This document shows positions 1-12,800 of a DNA stretch of 64,000 nt, in pieces. Made by a program: the position numbers and the translations under genes. Source of the DNA: the human T2T-CHM13v2.0 reference genome, Homo sapiens; assembly GCF_009914755.1 (NCBI RefSeq), contig NC_060927.1. One strand, given 5' to 3'. The notes below the pieces were generated by a model that was not told the DNA's origin, ran no database searches, and worked only from the letters and a program-made list of their open reading frames with translations. Each line of letters opens with the position of its first letter. The first letter of the stretch is position 1.

Positions 1-139
1 TACAAATTGTCCTCATTCTTTTACATAGTGGCATAGGAATCAATATCTGTATAAACCATAGTTTATTTAATCAGATCTGTTCAGATGAAAACTTTTGTTC
101 TTTCCAATGTTTTGTCATTACAAACAATAAAATGGTATT

Positions 140-491
140 TGATATGGTTTGGCTATGTTCCCACCCAAATCTCATTTTGAATTGTAGTTCCCACAATTCC
201 CACGTGTTGTGCAAGGAACCCAGTGGGAGTTAATTGAATCATGGAGGTCTTTCCTATGCTGTTCTAATGATAGTGACTAAGTCTCACAAAATCTGATGGT
301 TTTTATAAAGGGGAGTTCCCCTGCACAAACTCTATCTTTCCTGCTGCCACGTAAGACATCCCTTGCTCTTCTGCCATGATTGTGAGGCCTCCCCAGCCAT
401 GTGGAACTATGAGTCAGTTAAAACTCTTTCCTTTATAAATCACCCAGTCTCAGATATGTCTTTATTAGCAGCATGAGAACAGATGAATACA
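140..491 (+). mobile_element. THE1-family MaLR solo LTR
   Basis: Starts TGATATGGTTTGGCT..CCCACCCAAATCTCA and ends AGCATGAGAACAGATGAATACA; 5-bp TSD GTATT at 135-139 and 492-496. Confidence 0.9.
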
Positions 492-1667
492 GTATTATAT
501 AATAACATTTAATTTGGAGGCTAGATTTTATCAATAAATAATCTATGAAGTGGGATTGTTGGGTCAATTGTAATTTTGCTACTCTTTGCAAAATTGTCCT
601 TTAATAATTTCAACTCCTACAAACAAGGCATGAGTATGTCTTTGTCCTGTCAGCTTCTCAATGAAGTGTCTTATGATTTTTCTGGATTTCATTTCCCTAA
701 TATAAATGAGAAGTGGTATCTTAGTATAATTTAATTTTATACATCACTTATTAAGTTTTTTAATCTTTTATGTTTGAGACATTTGCATTTATTTTCCTTT
801 GAACTCCAAGAAGCTTCTTTGTCCAATTTTAATCAGGTTTTTGTTTTTTTTTTAAATTTCTTTCTATATTAGGAAAATACAATTTTTTCCCAGTTTGTCT
901 TCTGTCATTATTAAAATAATTGGCCATGATGAAGTAATTTTTTTACTACTCTTCATTTTTAAATCAAAATTTATTGGTCTTTTAAATTATGTCTTCTAAA
1001 ATTTGATTCATAGCTGAGAAGTTTATCTCCACTCTAAGACTATAGAAGAATTCCCCTTTAGTCTCTTCTGGGGCTTTCCTGGCTTCTTTTTTATGTTCAA
1101 ATCTTTGCTTCAGTTGGAATTTATGTTGATAAGTAGTGAGAAGTTTAGACTGAACTTTTACTTTTCTCCAATTTTCTATCCCAGTCCCATTTATTGGAAA
1201 GTCCCTTGTGATTTAAGATCATATAAAAGATTCATGCAAGTCAGGCATCTAAGAAAAAGCTGAAAGGAAATTCTTCCCCCATAATCTAGGAGACTTAATT
1301 AGATAAAGACAGGCATGGAGAGAATAGCATAGCATTTTCTTTCCAAGAAAAATGGTGGTGGTCCATTCAATATTAAGGAGCAGATTTCCCTTAAATGCAC
1401 AAGTGGCCAAAAATGAGGGTGAAAATGGCATTTCTGAGCACTGTCCTCAAAATACTAGAAAACCACAGCAGCCTACCATGAACCTGGAGCTTGGATATTT
1501 TTTTCTTTTATTTAAAGTTTCACTTGCATTAAAAAAAAAGAATTCACCCAGTCAGGTAATGTCAATGACTTTCAAACTTTTAGCTGTGTTAAAGTTTTCA
1601 AAATTGTTCAGGGAAATACTTTTGGAATTTAAATAGTAATCAAAATCTAGATTTTGGGTGGCCCTAA

Positions 1668-1937
1668 TAAGTACTGATGATTAATTATGTTTTCAGTAGC
1701 AAGTCAAGACTCTTCTCAAGCATTTGGAAACTTATTTTGGTTTGGATTTATATTTTTATTGCCAAATTTGAGCTTCTCAGTACATATCTTTCTTTCTAGG
1801 AATACTGGAATCTGCTCACAAACTTGGAGTATCAGGTTTTGGTATATCTGACATTATGGTCACTGAATAGTTCTCACTGAATAGAGAGGCAAGAAATACG
1901 TTGTACCTCACCTAAGTAAAATAGCCTGACTCATAAA
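1668..1937. repeat. Inverted duplication arm A (reverse complement of 5673-5994)
   Basis: Manual alignment: one substitution, plus a 52-bp segment present only in arm B. Confidence 0.95.
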
Positions 1938-2530
1938 AGTACTATGTATGAAATGCACTGTTATGGGATATTGAGAATCAGAGGCCACCAAATAAACCTA
2001 CCTTTATTGCTGCAGAAAAACACTAACCCTGCTAAGCCAGCACTAAAACTGCTGTAAATCAATACAGCATATTATCATAGCTATTTGAATTTAAAACAGT
2101 ATTGACAGCACACACCACAGCACTTCTCACTAGCAGGGCTATCTATTATTGAAGAAGAGGAGAAAAGAGTTGTGGACCGGGAAAGGACCAATTTGCCTGC
2201 TAACTTCATAACAGGACACCAAAGCTATTAGTAAGGGTGCCCCTAGACTCTGCCTAAAGAGCTCAGAGAATAGAAACTTTCTCTTCCACATTTAATCCTT
2301 TAAGCTGAGTTACAATGCTACTACTGTGTGCTGTCTGGGAATGCTTACACAACACTAAGGAAATATCTGATGTCTTCACCTTTGTAACTACTAGCTCTAT
2401 TGCAGTTTTTTGAGTACACTGATATTCATGACATGGGCTCACATATTTGTTCTTTTAGGGAAGCATCATAATAGTCTAGCCTCCTCCTCTGTACAACCAT
2501 ATTATCCAATGTGCATATAAAAGTGCATAT

Positions 2531-3570
<1,040 letters not shown>

Positions 3571-3648
3571 AATTATAGAATAATAATTAAAAGGAGACTA
3601 TTATTCTAATAATAATAACCTATTATTAGACCATGTAAGAATTAATGA

Positions 3649-3970
<322 letters not shown>

Positions 3971-4270
3971 TCATCATTTTAATAATATTTGGAGACTGGA
4001 GAGGATGCTAAAACAGTGCTTATTTTACCATCTTGTTTTATAGGTATTTCTTTTTGAAATATATACTTGAAAAATGAATAGGTTTTTTTCTTTGAAATCT
4101 CAATAACTAGACCTTCCATGAAAAAACTGTAGAAGTTTTTCATCTACTTTATTGAGTTTTTGGTCTATTCCTTCTTTGTATGAGTTTGTTATACATTCTA
4201 TATACTAATATTTTCATATTTTATTTGTATGTATTACAAATATCATTGTCCACATTGTAGCTTGTCTTTT

Positions 4271-4587
4271 CTTTCTTTTTTCTGTCTTTTCTTTTTTTTT
4301 TTTTTTTTGAGATGGAGTCTTGCTCTGTCGCCCAGGCTGGAGTGCAGTGATGCAATCTTGGCTCACTGGAACTTCTGCCTCCTGGGTTCAAGCAATTCTC
4401 CTGACTTAGCCTCCCAAATAGCTGGGATTATAGGTGCCCACCAACGCACTTGGCTAATTTTTGTATTTTTCGTAGAGACAGGGTTTCACCATGTTGGCCA
4501 GACTGGTCTAGAACTCCTGACCTCAACTGATCTGCCTAGACCTCCCAAAGTGCTGGAGTTACAGGCACGAGCCACCATACCCGGTCA
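4271..4587 (-). mobile_element. Alu (S-like), full length
   Basis: Alu consensus in reverse; TSD TAGCTTGTCTTTT on both sides. Confidence 0.95.
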
Positions 4588-5347
4588 TAGCTTGTCTTTT
4601 CAATCACTTTATAGGATAGTTTGATTAACATAAATTCTTAATCTTAACTAACTCAATTTTTCAATATTTCTATCACGGCTTTTGATGGTTGCCTTTGTTT
4701 TTTCCTTAATGTGTGTGTGTTTTATTAAATTTTTCTTAAGGATTCTCTCTTCTTACCCACTGTCATACACCCAGAAGTATAGGGATAACAGAAGACCTGC
4801 ACTTCTCACTTTCTATATTTTTGTTTTTCTCTAGGCTAAGCTCATTTAATCTGCCTGAGAGGCCTTCTGCTAAGTTTGTTGTCCAAACTCTACTTTCCTT
4901 TCAAGTTCCAGTTTAACTCCAAGTTGAAATTCTTTTCCTTCTCTTACGTCTTTATGATTATCCCAAATAACTTTGTCTATATCTATGGTAAGACCTTGTT
5001 TTGTCATTCATGTCTCTCATTTGGCTCTGACGTTTTTGTTGGTGGTGGTTTTGTTTTGTTTTAGGATGATGAATTTACCTGATTCTGCTTGGTCTTCACA
5101 GTATTTCGCACAGATTATAGACCCATATGGTATTCCTATTGAGTGATGCATAAATGAGGATTCATTTCACTTAGAATAATTCTTATTTTACAATATTTGA
5201 ACTTCTGTATCTTCAGGTGATATCATTTTTCTGAGAGTATGTAATTTAAGACCATTGGGATCATAACAGATATTAATGTGCACTTCTTTATTCAAAAATA
5301 TTTTTGACACTTAGAATGTGTGTGTATGTGTATGTGTTTTATTTTAG

Positions 5348-5567
5348 GCCCTGTTTGCTGAAATGTTGGGGCCAAACAACTTGATAGAGCCTATGATGTT
5401 CCTTTCAAGCTTTCTAAAGTTTCCACCAATCTCAGATGAAAATGTAACTGTGAGAAGTAAATTTAACAACATTGTTGTCTGCATATGTGTGCCAAAATGG
5501 AAGACAGAATCATGAAAAAGAAGCTTATTTTATAACCATGGTGGTGGCTCATGTTTGAGTAGTAATG
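5348..5567 (+). pseudogene. Pseudogenised paralogue of AADAC exon 2
   Basis: TTTTAG acceptor and GTAAGT donor in the same phases as AADAC exon 2 (220 vs 223 nt); translates ALFAEMLG..PPISDENVTVRSKFNNIVV..ES*KRSLFYNHGGGSCLSSN versus [42 protein letters not shown]; in-frame TGA at 5513-5515. Confidence 0.92.
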
Positions 5568-5672
5568 GTAAGTATCAATTGGTGGAAAATTTATTTAATA
5601 CAATTTTGATATTACTTTGACTACTCTTTTATCATAATCTACAAATTAAATATCATGTTCCTGCTTCCTAAG

Positions 5673-5994
5673 TTTATGAGTCAGGCTATTTTACTTAGGT
5701 GAGGTACAACGTATTTCTTGCCTCTCTATTCAGTGAGAACTATTCAGTGACCATAATGTCAGATATACCAAAACCTGATAGTCCAAGTTTGTGAGCAGAT
5801 TCCAGTATTCCTAGAAAGAAAGATATGTACTGAGAAGCAACATAAATTAATTGAATTTTTGAAATTTCAATCTAATATGTACTGAGAAGCTCAAATTTGG
5901 CAATAAAAATATAAATCCAAACCAAAATAAGTTTCCAAATGCTTGAGAAGAGTCTTGACTTGCTACTGAAAACATAATTAATCATCAGTACTTA
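5673..5994. repeat. Inverted duplication arm B (reverse complement of 1668-1937)
   Basis: See arm A; contains the 16-bp direct repeat ATATGTACTGAGAAGC at 5823-5838 and 5875-5890. Confidence 0.95.
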
Positions 5995-6271
5995 ATAAGT
6001 ACTTTGAAATATTTTAATAGTTTTTTACCCTACCTAAGAGTTTCTGACCCTTCCATTCACTGACAGAACTTAGAAATTTCACAGATTTACCAAGCTCCTT
6101 TGTGAGCTTGCCAACATACTGTTGCATTGTGAGCTTGCCAACATACTGCTGGAAATGACTTATTTTTCCTTCACAGCTCAAATAAATAGTTCTTTTCCAA
6201 ATATGCTTTTCTCGTGTCCCCAAATAGAGGTAGGAAAACTGCAGAGTTTCCATATACTAAAGTTAAATATT

Positions 6272-6405
6272 GGCTGGGTGTGATGGCTCATGTCTATAAC
6301 CCCAGCACTTTGGGAGGCCAATGTGGAAGCATCACTTGAGGCCAGGAATTTGAGACCAATCTAGGCACAATAGTGAGACCCAGTCTATAAAATAAAGAAA
6401 AATAA
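6272..6405 (+). mobile_element. Alu left monomer (FLAM/AluJ-like)
   Basis: GGCTGGGTGTGATGGCTCATG...GTGAGACCCAGTCTAT followed by an A-rich tail. Confidence 0.85.
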
Positions 6406-7149
6406 ACAATTGAATATTAAAGCATAGCTTGCTTTCTTTGAATTGTTTCATGCTTAACATTATAGGATTAAATAATGGGTTGTCTCTTCCTTTCAATTTT
6501 TTCTCCAACAATATTATTATCCTTTCCAAGATCAAAATGTACTCCAGGAAAAATGCTTCAGTTCTCATGTTTAATAAAGTAGCTAGTATTTTTTTTTTCA
6601 TGTGGAATATTTCAATGAACAAGACAATAGATTAAATGTAGAAAGACTGTTCAAGGCTCAAGGTCCAGGGTGCTGGGAGTATGGCCTAGAAGGGAATGGA
6701 CATGCCCCCTTGCTCTGCTAGTCCTACAGTGAAGCCAGCAATCAGAGGAAGACCAGACAGTCCTTTTAAGTGTAGGGGCTTGGGATGGAGGCCTCAATTG
6801 CCTAGATTTAAGGAGGGTTCTGATTGCCAGTGTTACAGGTTTGGGCTTAGAGAGTGCTGACGTGAAGCAACTTGCAAATGGTGAAGAGGGAGGGTACACT
6901 CTTAGGTGACTGAGAAGGGTTAGAGATCTATGTGAAGCCAAGAGAGGAGAATATCAGGAAAGAGGATGGACTTATTAATTTTCCTTTTTGCATATAAATG
7001 TTTTATAATTTTATACAACAGAACGTAAGATTTCAGTAATGTAAAATGAAAATGAAATGTTAACTTGAAAAACTATATAAACTTGCAAAAGTAATGAAAT
7101 CAAGACAATCTTGTAGTATTAAATTTAAACATCATTTTAAACTCATATT

Positions 7150-7350
7150 TTCAAAATCTATCTTTTCTAGCTCTGCAAACTAAGATGGCTTAGTACCAAT
7201 GAGTACATATAAAGCCAAGATTTTTTTCTCTAACATTTACCACTAAAGGAAACCATGACTCCTTGAAGAAATTATTTACTCTAGGATTCAGCTAGGAAAG
7301 ATTTACATATGTATAAAAAAAGTTATGACAGTAAATATAGGAAGGTGTCA
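7150..7350 (+). mobile_element. Old L1 (L1MC-like) 3' UTR fragment
   Basis: CCACTAAAGGAAACCATGACTCCTTGAAGAAA resembles the L1MC 3' UTR consensus. Confidence 0.5.
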
Positions 7351-7393
7351 ACATCAGTGAGCTTAGCAATGTAGGAATGTGATTTATTATTAT

Positions 7394-7787
7394 TGTTAGG
7401 GTTCACCCAAGTGTACTGTTTCCCCCTCCCATAGACCTAAGCCCCAAAGGCCAAAAGTAAAACCTCCTACCCCAAACCCGCCTGTAACTGTCTGACCAGT
7501 TCCCGGATGCAGTCAAGACGTCTATCTTACACAACAGAACTGGCAAGAAAAACAACCCCAGGAAGCGGTCAGACACCTGGCACAAAGGACCCTACAACTC
7601 TTTTCTTTTTCCTTCACCTTGACCCAGTTCTACACCCTATAAAACCTTGCTATAGCCTGTAAGCGGGGCTGCCTCCTCTGCTTTTGTCAGGAGGTAGCCC
7701 GGCAGGACTGACAATAAATCAGCTTGCCTGAACTTAGGTCTATTGGCCTCATTCCTTTCTCGGCTGTCCTTCCAATTATCCCTTGTA
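7394..7787 (+). promoter_or_regulatory. Proviral 5' LTR (~394 bp)
   Basis: TG start, TATAAAA at 7638-7644, AATAAA at 7713-7718, ends immediately before the PBS. Confidence 0.85.
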
Positions 7788-7790
7788 TCT

Positions 7791-7808
7791 TGGTGCCGAA
7801 ACCCGGCA
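7791..7808 (+). other. Primer binding site complementary to tRNA-Phe
   Basis: TGGTGCCGAAACCCGGCA versus canonical TGGTGCCGAAACCCGGGA. Confidence 0.92.
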
Positions 7809-8211
7809 AGGTGGTAGAGCTCGGCCTCCCTTTCTCCCTCTCTCCTTTCCTCCCCGCTTCCCCCGGCCAAACTCCCCCTTCCAGAACGTGCTGGAGACCC
7901 AGAGGATTTCCTACTCCTTTCCATTGCTGGCAGACACATCCAACACCAGGGCCACCTCAGGGGTGAGTAAAGGAGACTTCTGCCTTCTGTCCGGAACACT
8001 TGTCCACTCTTTCCTTCCCAAAAGATGCAGCACTGGGCCAAGAGTTTTCTCCTCCCAGCCTCCAGGCCCTTGGTATCTGCCTTTCACGGATGCTTGAATG
8101 GGGAATTATCGCACCTCTCCGACTTGAACCGTAGGACAGGGGACGCCTTCTCCTATCATTCTAGTCTCTGGCCACGTCTCTCATCTCCATCTGTTCCTCA
8201 TTCATTCTATC

Positions 8212-9824
8212 ATGGGAGCCTCTCAGTCCAGTCCCTCAAAGACATCTCCCCTCCGATGTCTCCTCCGGAATCTTAATGCCCTTGTCCTCCATTCCAAAAT
8301 TCGACCACAAAGGCTCATCTTTCATTGTAACACAGCCTGGCCTCAGTATAAATTGGACAATGGCTCCCAGTGGCCTGAAAATGGCACATTCGATTTTAAC
8401 ATCCTCAGGGACCTAGACAACTTTTGCCATCGCAATGGAAAGTGGTCTGAAATCCCTTATGTTCAGGCCTTTTTTGCCCTCCATAGCTGCCCCTCCCTTT
8501 ATCGGTCCTGTTTCACTTTCCAAATCCTCCTCGCCCGCTCCAAGCCAGGCTCACCCTCAGCTCCCCTTCCTTCTGGCGATTCCTCCTCCTTTGACCCTGC
8601 CGATGTCTCCCCCTGCCCCTCCCAGTCAACATAATAATGCTCCGCCCAATCACCACGACCCTCCGCCCTATGCTCCAGCTCCTGCCCTCCCTCTTCGCCC
8701 CCTCTCCAACCACCCAGCTTCTGACTCTGATTCATCCGCATCTCCACCTCATACTCCACCTCATACGCTCTCAAACTCAGCATGCCCAACAACCAGCCCC
8801 CATACTTCCCCTCCGAGAGGTGGCTGGAGCCGAAGACATCATTCGAGTCCACGTTCCCTTCTCCCTCTCTGACCTCTCCCAAATTGCAAAACGTCTCGGG
8901 TCGTTTTCCTCTGATCCCAACACTTATATCAAAGAATTTAAGTACCTTACCCAATCTTATGAACTCACTTGGCATGATCTCTACATTATCCTCTCTTCTA
9001 CCCTCCTTCCAGAAAAGAAGGAAAGAGTGTGGCTTGCAGCACAGGCACATGCCAACGATCTTCATCGGCAAGACCCTACTAAGCCCATAGGGGCTGCTGC
9101 AGTTCCCCTGGAGGAACCCCCCTGGAAGTACCAACCCACAGACCCTGGCCGGGCATCTCGTAACCATATGATTACTTGCCTCATCGCAGGACTTAACAAA
9201 GCAGCCCATAAGGCCGTAAATTTTGAAAAGCTCAAAGAAATCTCCCAAAGAGCCGATGAAAATCCTGCTGAATTTCTTTCTCGTTTTACAGAGGCCCTCC
9301 AAAAATATACTCGTGTAGACCCCACCTCCCGGGAAGAAACTATCGTTCTTAATAACCATTTCATCTCTCAGTCTGCTCCTAACATACAGCACAAACTGAA
9401 AAAGGCCGAAGATGGCCCTCAAACTCCACAACAAGATCTCCTTAACCTGACTTTCAAAGTCTTCAATAACAGGGAGGAGCAGATTAAATTAGACAAGGCC
9501 CAAAGAGATTGTGCTAAATACCAGCTTCTGGCAGTGGCTATCCATCAACCTAGCCATAGTACCCAAGGGCACAAAAAACCCAATGGCAGTAACCCTCCTG
9601 GGCCTTGTTTTAAGTGCAGCAAAGAAGGTCACTGGGCGTGGGAATGTCCTAACCCAAGGACACCAAAAACTCCTTGCCCAGCCTGCCAACAGACCAGCCA
9701 CTGGAAGTCTGATTGTCCTCTTAAAAACCAGGCTAACAGACCAACTCCTCAAAGCCCTGGCAAGGCAGAGAGTGAAAGATCACTCATCCTACCGCAGCTC
9801 CTTGGTCTGGCCACTGAAGAATGA
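8212..9824 (+). pseudogene. gag: ERV gag (two frameshifts in the MA/proline-rich part; CA-NC open)
   Basis: MGASQS myristoylation start; WPENGTFD in MA; PPPY late domain in a second frame; MHR QRADENPAEFLSRF; two CCHC knuckles, CFKCSKEGHWAWEC and CPACQQTSHWKSDC. Confidence 0.92.
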
Positions 9825-12800
9825 CAGAGCCCAGGGCCCCCGGTCCCATCTGCCATCACTGCTTTGGAGCCCAGGGTAACTCTGCCAGTAACAGGTAAGC
9901 TGATCTCCTTTTTAATTGATACCAGGGCCACCTACTTGGCTTTGCCTGAATTTTCAGGACCCATTCATCCCTCTCAGGTCTCTGTCATGGGGGTTGATGG
10001 ATTCGTCTCTCATCCACACGCCACTGAGTCCCTTACTTGTTCCTTGTTTAATACTATTTTTTCACACTCCTTCCTTATCATGGCTCATTGTCCCACCCCC
10101 ATTCTAGGCCGAGACCTTTTAGCTAAATTCAAAGATTCCATCACTTTCTCCTGTGTCTCTCAACCAGAGTCCTTTCTGCTCCTCTCTGCTAGTCCAGCCC
10201 CTGACCCTTCTCCCCACTACCCACTTCTCTCCTCTCTCATTAACCCAGTGGTGTGGGATACCACCACCTCTTCTATTGCAGGATCTGGCCAGCAGCCCAC
10301 AATGCAACAGGGCTCTTTCTTTGTTCCCAGGCGGATTGGCATGTTGAGAAATAATAGACACACACAAGATAGTGAAAGCCAGGTCTAGGGGGGTCACCGC
10401 CTTCTGGTCCTGCAGTGCCAACAATGCACTGGATATACCAGCATTTATTATTAAGTTTAGTGAAGGTGGGGGTAGGTTACTGAGGGATTTAGGGTCATTT
10501 GATTATGAGATGAGATGGTCACAAGGGGATGAAGTAATTCTTTAACATAACATCTGTATGCAGAAGTACAGTATACAGAGATAAGAATTTACAATATAGT
10601 GTGTGCATCAGTAATTCTTAACAGAGCCTTAAAACAGAAACATAGCCTTTCCATAACCTATGATTAGCCAGATATTAATCAGCAGTAACAGTTGCAGCAA
10701 AAGCTGGTTACAAACAATCCATAGAAACAGGACGTAAAGGTAGACAACCGGTTAGACCAGATATTCTCAGAAGGGAGTATGCCTTAACCCTAAAGAGGCC
10801 TAGAAGAGCTGTGGCAAGATGAGGGCAGTTATAGCCCTATCTTACCATATGGACAGGTGCCCCTCATGCATCCGTTTATAGGCTCTCCACAAGGCTCACA
10901 TTCCATTCCCAGAGCTATGAACATCTGCTTTTCTGGAATAGGATTCTTGGTGATGTGAAACCTCCCTGACTGCAAGTCCGTTCATAGGCTTTCTGCATGG
11001 GGAAGCACATCACACACTATTGGCTCATTCTGGCAGTCCAACCTGGCATTGTCTTTACACAATCCTGAATGCAATTTTGTATTTACAATAATCAGGGGCA
11101 TTTCGTCTTTTATTCCATAGCAATAGTTTCAGGGGGTCTCCCTACACTCTTCCATAGCTGCACACCATAACCCCATCAAAATCCAGTTAAAGGACCCCTC
11201 CAAATTTCCTAACGTTCCCCAATACCCTATCTCCCTAACCCACCAAAAGGTCCTCCAACCCATTATAAACAAGCTGTACTCATGTGATCTTCTTAGACCA
11301 ACACATTCTCCATATAACACCCCCTTCCTCCCTGTTAGAAAATCTGACAGCTCATACCGACTCGTTCAGGACCTCTGAGCCATCAATCAGGCTGTACTCC
11401 CTATTTACCCCTTGGTCCCTAACCCCTGTACACTTCTCTCCCTCATCCCTTCCAACACCACCCACTATACAGCAATCGACCTACAGGATGCTTTCTTCAC
11501 CATTCCCTTACACTCTAATTCCCAAGACCTCTTCACCTTCACCTGGACAGATCCTGACACTCTTCAGTCACAACTCACATGGACTGTCCTCCCTCAAGGC
11601 TTCAGATACAGCCCTCACATCTTTGGACAAGCTCTAGCCCAAGACCACACCACCTTAAACCCCTCCCCCAGCTGCCTCCTCCAATACATTGATGACCTCC
11701 TTCTTTGCAGCCCCTCCCTAGAGGACTCCAAACTCACACCATCACCCTACTAAACTCTCTTTCTAGCAAAAGATATAGGGTCTCCCCCTCCAAAGCCCAA
11801 CTATCTGCCCCAACAGTAACATACTTAGGAGTCCAACTCTCCCCTGGGGCCCAAGCCATGACCCCAGCACAAGCAACCTTAATAAACAGCTTGCCTCTGC
11901 CTTCCTCAAAAAATGAAATTCTCTCTTTCTTAAGACTAGAAGGTTTCTTTAGAATATGGATTCCCAACTTTGCCCTCCTGGCTCAACCCCTCTACGAAGC
12001 AGCCAAAGGCCCCCTCAATGAACCCCTAAGCCCCATACACAACATACTTCCCAGTTTCTGTAAACTCCAAACTGCTCTCATCACTGCACCTGCCCTGTCC
12101 TTACCCGACCTCTCCCAACCCTTTGTTCTCTATACCACCAAAAATCAAGGAATAGCTCTTGGGGTCTTAGGGCAACAAAAGGGAAATCCTCCTTCCTTTG
12201 ACCCTGTAGCATATCTCTGTAAACAACTAGACAACACTGTCAAAGGGCAGCCAACCTGTCTTAAAGCATCATCAGCAGTGGCCGTTTTGCCTCTGGAAAG
12301 CAAAAAACTAACATTTGGCCAAAGCACCACCATTCACAGCCCTCACAACTTACAGGATCTCCTCTCCTCCTGGGCATTAAGCTCCCTCTCTCCTTCCCAA
12401 ATTCAGTCGCTCTATGCCCTCTTTATCAAAAATCCTGAATTCAGCCTTGCCAAAAGTGCCCCCCTCAACCTGGCATCCCTACTTCCCATATCCTCTTCCC
12501 CTCCTACTCATTCTTGCACTGACATTCTGGATCACTTGCAGCCACACTTCCCTAACATCTCCTCCAAGCCTCTCACTAATCCAGATGACCAACTATTTAT
12601 AGATGACTCCTCTTCCAGAGCCCCCGGCTCTCCCAAAATTGTTGGGTATGCAGTAGTTACCTTAAACCATGTAATTGAGGCTAAACCCCTACCCCCAGAA
12701 ACCTCCTCCCAGAAAGCAGAACTCAGCTCTCACAAGAGCCCTAACCCTCTCCAAGGACAAACAGGTCAACATATACACAGACTCCAAGTATGCCTACCAC

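Noticed and set aside
6651-6941. 96-aa minus-strand ORF
   Set aside because: No recognisable domain or splice context; length compatible with chance
7165-7215. TTTTCTAG CTCTG..AAGATGG resembling a paralogue of AADAC exon 3
   Set aside because: Lies within an L1MC-like 3' UTR fragment; no protein similarity and no matching donor
8499-9434. 311-aa antisense ORF over gag
   Set aside because: Shadow of the open, C-rich gag frame; no motif or independent promoter evidence
10268-11155. Apparent 9-bp TSD (CTCTTCTAT/CTCTTCCAT) around the nested LTR
   Set aside because: Better explained as the canonical 6-bp TSD CTCTTC plus an LTR terminus mutated from TG to TA
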